Shown here: positions 27,499 through 35,595 of the stretch, one piece after another
Numbering within the stretch: position 1 is the first letter of the stretch
Layout: every line of letters begins with the position of its first letter
DNA from: Patescibacteria group bacterium AH-259-L07
GTDB lineage: Bacteria > Patescibacteriota > Patescibacteriia > UBA2591 > UBA6264
Direction: 5' to 3'
DNA: 39,504 nucleotides
NCBI GenBank assembly: GCA_027718005.1
Contig: JALLOP010000001.1
Location: forward strand, 1-39,504
Notes under the pieces: generated by a model
The model's input: only the letters and a program-made list of their open reading frames with translations
What the model was told of the DNA's origin: nothing
Database searches by the model: none
Program-made: the position numbers and the translations under genes

Positions 27499-29064
27499 TT
27501 ATCTTTTTTTAAATGATATGGGCTCTTTTTTCATTGCTTGTTCCAATGAAATTTCTTGTGGCAAGGGGGATTTTTGTTCATATTCTTTTTTCTGTCTTCT
27601 CACATGACTCTGCTGGTCTTTCCATTCTTTTAAACATTTTTTACAAAACACGGGGCGCACCCCATCAGGGATAAATGATATATATATATCTGTCTTGCAT
27701 GTATCACATCTTGCTTGATACATATCTTTTTCTACTTGGGGAGATACATGTTCATTCTTGCTAATAAGGCCGCGCCATCGCGCTATTTTTTCTTCAACAA
27801 TTTTTTGCGGCTCAGTATACTGCTCTTGTGAGAGCGTAATAATTTTACGTCTATTGCCCTCGGGTGATGCCATCCTGGGCAACGTCATGGCGGCAAACGG
27901 CTTTGATACTGAACCATCAACTATAAGCTTAATATATATCTGGTGCCTATCTAAATTCATTAAATCAACTTTTTTAATCTTTCGAGAAAACAAGACTTTA
28001 GATAAAAATGTATTATCTTCAGCGCTCACCCTATTTATCACCATGGTTCCCACATTATTAATAATGGCATCTCGTAAACGTGTATCTCCTCCGGTTACTA
28101 ACTGATCAATATATTGATGGGCAATAATAAGGTTAAGGTGATACGTATGTGCTTCTGATAGTATTTCAATAAATGAATCAGTGGCAAAGTTATCAAATCC
28201 ATCAATATACAAATAAAAATCGCGTCGCTCATCCTCGCTCATAAGTCTCCGTCCCATGGCCGCCATTTGAATTTTTGCCATCATCATCGCGCCCAACAAA
28301 GTTGCTGCATCTTCTCCAATACGCGCCTTGGATAAATTCATAATTATAATCTTTCCTTTATCAAGTACTTCGCGCATATTCACTTTTGATTTCACCTGTC
28401 CTACAATATTTCTTACCAAGGGTACAGATAATAACTTACCGATTCTATTTTGAATTGGCGTAATAACTTCTGCTTGTAAATGATCTGGGTAGCGCGGATA
28501 CTCATCTCGCCAAAATGACTTCACTTCTGGATCATTAATATGCGTAAGTACGCGATCTCTAAATTCCTCATCGGAAAGCATACGCATAATACCTAACAAG
28601 GTTGAACCAGGGTATTCAAGCAACGCTAAAATAATGTTGCGAAGTGCATATTCTAATCGTGGTTCCCATATATCAGCCCAAACATGCTTAAAAATAGATA
28701 TCAGGCCAGAAACAACTAAAAAATGTCGATAACTTGCATCAACATCTTCTAATACATTAAGCGCAAAAGGATGTTCTCCGTCAGTAGGATTAAAATAAAT
28801 AACATCATTAATGCGATGGGTGGGGATAAAATTAAGTACCCGTGAGGCCAGCTTGCCATGCGGGTCAACAACCGCAACGCCGCGTCCTGCGTATATATCT
28901 TGATATATCATGTTTTCCAGCATTGTTGACTTCCCTGTCTTTGCAGTACCTAATAAATACATGTGCTGTCGGCGATCATTGGTTTTAATGCCAATATGCC
29001 GAGATCCCTTTCCTTCATCCGTTTTCGCAAACACCACAATTTCTTCTTTCTTTGCTTTAACCAT
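27499..29064 (-). CDS. TraD/VirD4/HerA-like P-loop ATPase with C-terminal CxxC...CxxC zinc ribbon
   Basis: Walker A LLGTAKTGKSTM and Walker B-like FYLYIDGFDNF. The C-terminus reads CDTCKTDIYISFIPDGVRPVFCKKC. The ATG at 29064 avoids overlap with the upstream gene. Confidence 0.65.
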   Translation of the reverse strand: MVKAKKEEIVVFAKTDEGKGSRHIGIKTNDRRQHMYLLGTAKTGKSTMLENMIYQDIYAGRGVAVVDPHGKLASRVLNFIPTHRINDVIYFNPTDGEHPFALNVLEDVDASYRHFLVVSGLISIFKHVWADIWEPRLEYALRNIILALLEYPGSTLLGIMRMLSDEEFRDRVLTHINDPEVKSFWRDEYPRYPDHLQAEVITPIQNRIGKLLSVPLVRNIVGQVKSKVNMREVLDKGKIIIMNLSKARIGEDAATLLGAMMMAKIQMAAMGRRLMSEDERRDFYLYIDGFDNFATDSFIEILSEAHTYHLNLIIAHQYIDQLVTGGDTRLRDAIINNVGTMVINRVSAEDNTFLSKVLFSRKIKKVDLMNLDRHQIYIKLIVDGSVSKPFAAMTLPRMASPEGNRRKIITLSQEQYTEPQKIVEEKIARWRGLISKNEHVSPQVEKDMYQARCDTCKTDIYISFIPDGVRPVFCKKCLKEWKDQQSHVRRQKKEYEQKSPLPQEISLEQAMKKEPISFKKR

Positions 29065-29077
29065 AGCAATCAGTATA

Positions 29078-30172
29078 TCATGAAACACCTCGTTTGTCAA
29101 TTCGAACTTTTTTTGGTAAAAAACCAATTAAGACAACTGAGAGTACTAATAAAATAGCTAATGCAACAATTTTTCCGGTGGTGCGTAAAAATAGAGCGGC
29201 AATACCAAACAAAACCGCAATAATCCAATACAATAACACTGCTTTTTTATAAGATACCCCAACTTCGAGCAGACGAAAATGAAGATGAGCCCTATCAGGC
29301 AAAAATGCTGAACCATGTGAAATTATGACCCTTCTCACCACTACACCGAACAAATCAAATACTGCTAAGCCCACAATTAAAAACGTAGTTGCTAATTTCC
29401 CCCCTGAAATAATAGCAAGTGTCCCTAACATAAAACCGGCAAATAAACTTCCTCCTTCTCCTAAAAATATTTTTGCAGGGTGAAAATTAAATAATAAAAA
29501 TCCTAATACTGCGCCTGCGAGAATCAATGCCATTGATCCTACGTCGGGCTGAAAAAATATGGTCAAAAAACTCAATCCTGCAATACTTAACGCCCCCAAA
29601 AAAGTTATACCGCTTACCAATCCATCTAATCCATCAAGAAGCTTAGTAGCATACATTAAAAGCATTAACCATACAAACGTTACTATATCAGCCAAAGGCG
29701 TAAAATAATATGGAATCCCATTCAAACGTATAACCTCAATTTTATATGTATCAAGATGTACATATCCTTCTCCTATAGGGTTATTAACATACTGAATTCC
29801 CATCCCGCTCACACCAATAACAAGTACTGCAATAATCGGCCAGATAATTTGATAATATGGCTTGAGCCCATATTTGTCATCTAAAAATCCACCAACCATT
29901 ATAACTATCCCGCCTAATAATAATCCAATTAAATGTTTTAGTCTCACTGCACCTTCTGGCCATAGTGGCGTCACATACATAACAAACAACATAACAAAAA
30001 AGGTAATAAAAATAGCCATCCCGCCCAAGAGCGGAACTGGCTTTTTATGTATTTTCCGTCCTCCTACTTCTGGCCAATCTAATATTTTAAGTCTTAACGC
30101 AAGAGTCTTAACAGCAACGGTTATAAGAATAGAAAATATAAAGCTTGCAATAAAAAAAAGTATATATATCAT
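29078..30172 (-). CDS. Glycosyltransferase family 4 (MraY/WecA-type polyprenyl-phosphate sugar-phosphate transferase)
   Basis: About 10 TM segments, FLDDKYGL and KLLDGLDGL motifs. Confidence 0.8.
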   Translation of the reverse strand: MIYILFFIASFIFSILITVAVKTLALRLKILDWPEVGGRKIHKKPVPLLGGMAIFITFFVMLFVMYVTPLWPEGAVRLKHLIGLLLGGIVIMVGGFLDDKYGLKPYYQIIWPIIAVLVIGVSGMGIQYVNNPIGEGYVHLDTYKIEVIRLNGIPYYFTPLADIVTFVWLMLLMYATKLLDGLDGLVSGITFLGALSIAGLSFLTIFFQPDVGSMALILAGAVLGFLLFNFHPAKIFLGEGGSLFAGFMLGTLAIISGGKLATTFLIVGLAVFDLFGVVVRRVIISHGSAFLPDRAHLHFRLLEVGVSYKKAVLLYWIIAVLFGIAALFLRTTGKIVALAILLVLSVVLIGFLPKKVRIDKRGVS

Positions 30173-30585
30173 ATTTGATCAAGATAGTTTTGTAAAATGA
30201 TAGAAGCGGCAACGCTATGGCTGGAGGCCTGCCCTGCCGGCAGGCGGGTCCGACCTCCCGAGGTGGTAGGACCGCGGAGCAGTGTATGTGCAAGCTTAGT
30301 AGTCAATCGTTCATCAAAGCTTATCACCGGAAAATCAATGTCTTTTTTTGTAGCAGATATAAACATATCTGTTTGTTTTGTTTGCTGTGTTTCTTTTCCT
30401 GATAAAGAGAGCGGCCTCCCAATAACAATCTTTTGTATTTTCTCTGTTTTAATAATACTCTTAAGATCTTTCATTAAAGAGTCTTTATTCCCCAATACTT
30501 TATACGGCGTAGCGATTTTCAACGTATCATCAGCTAACGCCAATCCTACAAATTTTCCTCCATAATCAATGCCTAAAATATTCAT
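30169..30585 (-). CDS. ruvX: Holliday-junction resolvase-like / pre-16S rRNA nuclease YqgF (RuvX)
   Basis: MNILGIDYGGKFVGLALAD...IVIGRPLSLSG...FDERLTT. The ATG at 30585 is preferred. Confidence 0.85.
   Translation of the reverse strand: MNILGIDYGGKFVGLALADDTLKIATPYKVLGNKDSLMKDLKSIIKTEKIQKIVIGRPLSLSGKETQQTKQTDMFISATKKDIDFPVISFDERLTTKLAHTLLRGPTTSGGRTRLPAGQASSHSVAASIILQNYLDQI
30219..30282. repeat. GC-rich palindromic element, family 3, in frame inside ruvX
   Basis: Contains CCTGCCGGCAGG (30233-30244) and GGTCCGACCTCCCGAGGT. It is translated as ...GPTTSGGRTRLPAGQAS... Confidence 0.8.
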
Positions 30586-30626
30586 ATAATGATTATACCA
30601 AAATACCACGATAATAAAACATATGC

Positions 30627-30657
30627 AAAAAGTTGTCGACTATGATCGACAACTTTT
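30627..30657 (-). terminator. Rho-independent terminator (12-bp stem AAAAGTTGTCGA/TCGACAACTTTT followed by a T-run on the minus strand)
   Basis: Read directly. A second hairpin (ATGACGACCC/GGGTCGTCAT) lies at about 30706-30733. Confidence 0.7.
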
Positions 30658-30763
30658 ACGCCTTTTGTACGGGGTCACGTCTTGCATTACTTTTCACGAG
30701 AATAAATGACGACCCCTTGTGGTGGGTCGTCATATCCTCCGTAGAAGCGGCTTTGGTTCTTCG

Positions 30764-30979
30764 CTACGCAAAAGCAGGTCCTGATAGATTGGCTTCTCGT
30801 AGAAGAACTGTTTCTGCAATAATCTCTTCTTTAATTTGCTTTGCCAACCTCGGCCTATGCTGTTTGAGTAGTTCAAATGCATCTGCGACATATTCAGAGT
30901 CAAGCCGATAAAAAAATCCTCTTGTCGCTTTATCCGTGAAATCTGGGTGAGTAACCAGCCTTTTAAAATTCTCAAACAT
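30764..30979 (-). CDS. Small hypothetical protein (71 aa)
   Basis: The ATG at 30979 is preceded by AAGGAGGATACA (strong SD) and a consensus promoter. The longer ORF in the track reads through that promoter. Confidence 0.55.
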   Translation of the reverse strand: MFENFKRLVTHPDFTDKATRGFFYRLDSEYVADAFELLKQHRPRLAKQIKEEIIAETVLLREANLSGPAFA

Positions 30980-31048
30980 TGTATCCTCCTTGCTTGATAG
31001 CTTGATAGTTGTAATGTAAAGTTCGTCTTTACATTTTCTTATACAAAT

Positions 31049-31077
31049 ATTATAGCACATTTTTATATTCCTGTCAA
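31049..31077 (-). promoter_or_regulatory. Consensus sigma70 promoter TTGACA-N17-(TGC)TATAAT
   Basis: -35 at 31072-31077 and -10 at 31049-31054 on the minus strand, followed by the 5' UTR hairpin ATGTAAAG/CTTTACAT. Confidence 0.65.
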
Positions 31078-31210
31078 GCAAAAATGTTGGGGATAAATTA
31101 AAGGATAGCCAAACACATTTTTACCAATAAAAGCCACCGGCTGAGTTACGGTATTGCACCCAAGCGAACTATTATCACCAATAATAGGTCAAATGCTGAT
31201 AAAATCCAGC

Positions 31211-31942
31211 TCAATCCTTAAGAGAAGGTCCTTCATACTCAATATCTTTTGTATCTAAACGGCGGTAGGGTTTTTCATCAACCATTTCTTCATAAAGATG
31301 AGCCGCAAGTCCTGGCAGACGGCCAAGGATAAAGAAAAACTTTCCTATTCTCCAGTCAAAACCAAGTTCAGAAATAATAGCCGCGATTGCTCCATCAATA
31401 TTTATGACTAGCTTCTTTCCTGTTTGACGCTTTAATTCCTCCTGCAGCGCGTATGCACGAGCTATATATTTGCCATAACAACCAAGCTCTTTTGCACGCT
31501 TAAAAATTATTGTTGTCCGTGGATCTTCAACTTCATATAGTTTATGTCCATAACCAGGCAATTTCTCTTTCTTCTCTAATACATAGGAAACGATCGCTTC
31601 CGGCGTTTTATTGGACTGTAAATTGCGCGCCGTCCCTTCAATCGCGCCTCCATGCCATGATCCCATAGTTAAGATGCCTGCGGATAGCGCGGTGTTGAAA
31701 GAATTTCCTGTCGAGGCAACGGTCCGTGTGACAAACGTTGACGGCGCCTCAATTCCATGTTCAATAGATGCAACAAGAATAGTATTAAGTATTTCTTCTT
31801 CGTACTTCTCTGGAAAAGCACCTCTAAGCATTAAAAAAACTGCTTCAGAAAAAGAGTATTTCCCAATAAGATCGAGCAATTTATGCCCGCGAATGTAGAG
31901 TGTACCGTCTTTATGTACACTTATTTTTGTGCGCCATTTCAT
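31211..31942 (-). CDS. Citrate-synthase-fold small protein, citryl-CoA lyase-like
   Basis: 243 aa with SWHGGAIEG and GYGHKLYEVEDPR, which are counterparts of the citrate synthase HGGA and GFGHRVY..DPR motifs. Confidence 0.7.
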   Translation of the reverse strand: MKWRTKISVHKDGTLYIRGHKLLDLIGKYSFSEAVFLMLRGAFPEKYEEEILNTILVASIEHGIEAPSTFVTRTVASTGNSFNTALSAGILTMGSWHGGAIEGTARNLQSNKTPEAIVSYVLEKKEKLPGYGHKLYEVEDPRTTIIFKRAKELGCYGKYIARAYALQEELKRQTGKKLVINIDGAIAAIISELGFDWRIGKFFFILGRLPGLAAHLYEEMVDEKPYRRLDTKDIEYEGPSLKD

Positions 31943-31951
31943 AATTATTCG

Positions 31952-32845
31952 TTAAAGGAATTGTTTTACCAACGACGGAATCTCTTCTAATGTATTGGCA
32001 ATGGGTATCCCAGCGCGTCGTAATGCTCTTACTTTTGACATATAGCTTCCTTTCTTCCTATAAACAATAGCACCAGCGTGTCCTAAGACCGTACCTTCTG
32101 GTAGGTCCATAGTAAATTTTCCTGCAACAATGACGACAATTGGTTTGGTACATTTTTTTTGCTTAACACATTCTGCAATCCGTTCCTCATAGGTTCCGCC
32201 CACTTCACCAAAACACACGACAACTTTTGTACCTTTATCAAGCTCGAACAACTCAAGCATATCAACAAAGTCAGACCCGACAATTTGATCACCGCCGATC
32301 CCGATAACTGTACTCTGCCCAATACCTGCATTGCTTAAAATCACTGAGATTTCAGCAGTCATCCCGCCGCTCTTTGAAATAACTCCTACCGAACCAGGGT
32401 GGAAGATATGACGAACTTTACCACTTCCAATACTTCCGATCTTTGCCCTACCAGGAGAAATGATTCCTACTGAAGCAGGCCCAACTATTTGGCAATTCTG
32501 CTTTCGTGCCCACGCTATAACCTTCGCGCTGTCCTGTACAGGCACATGCTCAGCAAGGATGTTTATAAGAGGGATGTTTGCAAACATTGCTTCCATCGAT
32601 GCATCTTTTACCGCAAGTGCAGGAACCGTAATAAGAGAAGCATTAATCTGGGGATGATAATGCGCCGCTTTCTCAACGGTATCATATACTGGCACTCCAT
32701 CGACGCGTTGCCCGCCTTTCCCCGGTGTCACGCCTGCACAAACGTTGGTACCATACATACGCATTTCTCTTGAGGCGCGTGAGCCTTCACTTCCGGTAAT
32801 GCCTTGAATAAGCACGTTAGTTTTTTTATCGATCAAAATTGCCAT
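31952..32845 (-). CDS. Succinyl-CoA synthetase alpha-like subunit (CoA-binding, phosphohistidine loop)
   Basis: VLIQGITGSEGS, ISKSGGMTAE, GHAGAIV. Confidence 0.85.
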   Translation of the reverse strand: MAILIDKKTNVLIQGITGSEGSRASREMRMYGTNVCAGVTPGKGGQRVDGVPVYDTVEKAAHYHPQINASLITVPALAVKDASMEAMFANIPLINILAEHVPVQDSAKVIAWARKQNCQIVGPASVGIISPGRAKIGSIGSGKVRHIFHPGSVGVISKSGGMTAEISVILSNAGIGQSTVIGIGGDQIVGSDFVDMLELFELDKGTKVVVCFGEVGGTYEERIAECVKQKKCTKPIVVIVAGKFTMDLPEGTVLGHAGAIVYRKKGSYMSKVRALRRAGIPIANTLEEIPSLVKQFL

Positions 32846-32868
32846 ATCAATCCAAGATAAAGTTTCCC

Positions 32869-33936
32869 TTATTTATACGCAAGATCTACCATAATCTTTG
32901 CGGTTTCTGCCATTGAGATCTCGGATCCAAAAATATGAAATTGATATCCTTGTTCTTTCGCAACTTGCCTAAGCATCGCAACCGCCTGTTCTTGTCGAGG
33001 GCCATCCCTCCTAATTACAATAGGGTACGTTGGTTTTGGTCTGACATACCCGAGCCCATTCACAAATCCGCGCATTGTCTCATAAATATCAGTAAAATTT
33101 GCAGTTCCACCAACAACCCAACATCCCTTAAGTCCTTTTCTCCTCAGTACCTGTTTTGTTAAGTCCTCTACAATATGTGCCGGGGGATTGCCTGAATATT
33201 CAGTATAATTTGCAGGACGCCCGCCATGGAAAATAAGGGCGTCGATGTTTAAAAGAGAGGCACCACCACCAGATGCCAAAATTGCAATATCACCACCGAG
33301 TTCAATAAAACGACGTTTGCCAGGCGCTACTTTTTCATCATCAAGGATAATCTTCGCGTCACCAGCAACAAATGCTCCGCCTTTCGTTTTAAAAAGCGGG
33401 TTAATCTCTGCCAGGATTGCATACTCAGAAATAAAAAGTTTCCATAGATTTTTTACTATCCCCGCAACTTTTAAGATGTCAGAAGAAGGAAATTTTGCCT
33501 GAGATAAAGCGCGTCGAAATAAAAACAAACAAGAATCAAACGTAAAATCAAGAGGAACTACTTTTGCCCTGCTGATGCCTGTCCCTCCTTGCGCAGATAC
33601 TGCGATCACCGGAGAACGTGTGCTTGTATCATAGCTGAAGGAAACATAGTATTCAGAAATTGCAGCAATCCGTTCCTCTACCAATACTTTTCTAATATTC
33701 TCGTTGTGTACCTTCATATTACATAGTTTTTGTATCTTCTTTCGTGCAGAAAAAAGGGTAGATGCTGGTAAAATTCCTCCTGCCTCTTTCCTTCCGCCAA
33801 AAAGGGTCTGTGCCTTAAGCACATATGGCGGCTTGAAAGTGATTTTGCCACGAGGAGAATTCAGTACAACCCGACGTGGAGTGGGAATGCCATATTTCTC
33901 AAACAAATTTTTACCTTCGTACTCGTAAAGTCTCAT
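32869..33936 (-). CDS. Succinyl-CoA synthetase beta-like subunit (ATP-grasp)
   Basis: MRLYEYEGKNLFEKYGIPTP, EINPL, ILASGGGASLLNIDAL..HGG.PANY. Confidence 0.8.
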   Translation of the reverse strand: MRLYEYEGKNLFEKYGIPTPRRVVLNSPRGKITFKPPYVLKAQTLFGGRKEAGGILPASTLFSARKKIQKLCNMKVHNENIRKVLVEERIAAISEYYVSFSYDTSTRSPVIAVSAQGGTGISRAKVVPLDFTFDSCLFLFRRALSQAKFPSSDILKVAGIVKNLWKLFISEYAILAEINPLFKTKGGAFVAGDAKIILDDEKVAPGKRRFIELGGDIAILASGGGASLLNIDALIFHGGRPANYTEYSGNPPAHIVEDLTKQVLRRKGLKGCWVVGGTANFTDIYETMRGFVNGLGYVRPKPTYPIVIRRDGPRQEQAVAMLRQVAKEQGYQFHIFGSEISMAETAKIMVDLAYK

Positions 33937-33955
33937 TTGAACCCTTCTTTTATTA

Positions 33956-33989
33956 AAGTTTGGATACAGGCATCATTCCTTTCAAACTT
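33956..33989. repeat. Conserved 34-nt hairpin (AAGTTTG-20 nt-CAAACTT), second copy, between the map stop and the sucC-like start
   Basis: 16 nt (TTAAAGTTTGGATACA) are identical to 24154-24169. Confidence 0.85.
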
Positions 33990-34776
33990 ATATTTTAGTC
34001 AAGACTTCACAACCTTTTTTAGTAATTACAATGGTATGTTCAAAATGAGCAGACAAACTGCCGTCATCAGTAGCAACGGTCCATCCATCATCTAATGTTT
34101 TTACTTTCCAATGGCCAATATTGACCATTGGCTCAATTGCTACCGTCATACCTTGCTTCAAAACAATACCGGTATCTGGTTTGCCATAATTTAAAATAGT
34201 TGGCTCTTCATGAAGATTTTTGCCAATGCCATGCCCGGATAGTTGCCGAACAACTGAAAACCCATTTTTTTCAACATAAGACTGCACCGCATACGAGAGA
34301 TCACCTAAATGGATTCCTGGCTTAATTGTATTAAGCGCAATATCTAGAGATTTTTTCGTTACTTTAATTAATCTTTTTGCCTTGCTTGATATTTTGCCTA
34401 CTGGTATGGTCACTGCCATATCAGCATAATATCCCTGATACAACACCCCGCAATCAAGTCCAATAATATCACCAGATTGAATCACTTGATCTTTTGATGG
34501 AATAGCATGAACCACCTGTTCGTTAATTGACGTACATAGGGTATGAGGATAAGCACCCCGGCTTCCCGGGGAAGCCGGGGTGCGGGGAGGAGGGTAACCT
34601 TTAAAAGCTGGCTTTGCGCCAGCTTTTACAATTAAATCTTCTGCTAAGCCATCCAATTCAAATGTTGAAATACCGGGTTTAACATCAGATACAACGCGCG
34701 AAAGTACACTGGCAAGTATTTTGCCGGCAGTTCGCATAATTTCAATTTCTTCTGGAATTCTAATAAAAATTACCAT
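33988..34776 (-). CDS. map: Methionine aminopeptidase type I
   Basis: EEIEIMRTAGKIL, SINEQVVHAIP, DIIGLDCG, GHGIG, IEPM, HFEHT. Confidence 0.95.
   Translation of the reverse strand: MVIFIRIPEEIEIMRTAGKILASVLSRVVSDVKPGISTFELDGLAEDLIVKAGAKPAFKGYPPPRTPASPGSRGAYPHTLCTSINEQVVHAIPSKDQVIQSGDIIGLDCGVLYQGYYADMAVTIPVGKISSKAKRLIKVTKKSLDIALNTIKPGIHLGDLSYAVQSYVEKNGFSVVRQLSGHGIGKNLHEEPTILNYGKPDTGIVLKQGMTVAIEPMVNIGHWKVKTLDDGWTVATDDGSLSAHFEHTIVITKKGCEVLTKI
34554..34582. repeat. 29-nt GC-rich hairpin palindrome (13-bp arms CACCCCGGCTTCC / GGAAGCCGGGGTG) in frame inside map
   Basis: Read directly. It is translated within ...GYPPPRTPASPGSRGAYPH... Confidence 0.9.
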
Positions 34777-34783
34777 AATCTCT

Positions 34784-35443
34784 CTACGTTATCTTTTGAT
34801 CTAATTTTTGTACTGTTTCTTTAAAAACGCTCTCAATTGATTGCTCTCCATTAACTTTGATCAACATGTTACGCTGTTGATAAAACTCTATTGCCGGCAT
34901 CACTTTCTCATGAAACCACTGTAATCTTTTTCTAACTGCCGTCTCATCAGTATCATAATCTCTCACAACCACCTTTCCTCCGCATCGAGGACAAATTTTT
35001 TTATCTCGTCCAATTAACACTGTTTTGCACTGACTGCAAACTGAGCGATTTAAAAGACGTCTGAGAGCCTCTTCGTCGCTCACCTTTATTAAAATAGCAA
35101 TCCTTTTCTCTGCTATCTTCAAACTATTCATTATTTTATCCAGATCTTTTGCTTGACCAAGCGTACGCGGATAACCATCTAATAAAATTCCTTTATCTGG
35201 CTCGATATTCTGAAAGGCCTCGCGCATCAAAGCTAACATTATATCATCAGGTAAATGCCGACCACTTTTATGAATTTCATGTACCTCTCTTCCTAATTCA
35301 GAATCCTCTTTTGCTTTAGCACGAACTAATTCTCCTGCTTCTATTTTTTGGAGATTATATTTTTTAACTAAAAGATCTGCCTGTGTTCCTTTGCCAGACC
35401 CTGCTGGCCCTAATATGATAAGATTAAAAATTTTCTTTGACAT
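34784..35443 (-). CDS. adk: Adenylate kinase (zinc-lid type)
   Basis: ILGPAGSGKGTQ, GYPRT, and the lid CSQC...CPRCG. Confidence 0.95.
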   Translation of the reverse strand: MSKKIFNLIILGPAGSGKGTQADLLVKKYNLQKIEAGELVRAKAKEDSELGREVHEIHKSGRHLPDDIMLALMREAFQNIEPDKGILLDGYPRTLGQAKDLDKIMNSLKIAEKRIAILIKVSDEEALRRLLNRSVCSQCKTVLIGRDKKICPRCGGKVVVRDYDTDETAVRKRLQWFHEKVMPAIEFYQQRNMLIKVNGEQSIESVFKETVQKLDQKIT

Positions 35444-35465
35444 ATAATATCTTGGTTAGATAATG

Positions 35466-35558
35466 TGAGATCCCTCGCTCCTTTCAGTCGCTCGGGATGA
35501 CATTCTTCTTTGCCATTCCGCACGAAGTGCGGAATGACAAGGGGGAACGGAATGACAA
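35466..35558. repeat. GC-rich element, family 1, in the secY-adk spacer
   Basis: GAGATCCCTCGCTCCTTTCAGTCGCTCGGGATGACA, the hairpin CATTCCGCAC-GAA-GTGCGGAATG, and the tail GGAATGACAAGGGGGAACGGAATGACAAA. Confidence 0.85.
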
Positions 35559-35560
35559 AA

Positions 35561-35595
35561 ATCTTAAATCATAAATCTAAAATCATAAATCTATT
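35561..35595. repeat. Heptamer array, 5 units (ATCTTAA ATCATAA ATCTAAA ATCATAA ATCTATT), abutting the secY stop codon
   Basis: Read directly. Confidence 0.9.

Noticed and set aside
30108-30975. ORFs 30108..30293 (-), 30197..30565 (+), 30217..30402 (+), 30633..30911 (+) and 30730..30975 (-).
   Set aside because: They are alternative frames or antisense frames of ruvX, or of the small 71-aa gene and its GC-rich 3' region. The frames chosen in the feature list have conserved motifs or clear promoter and SD signals.
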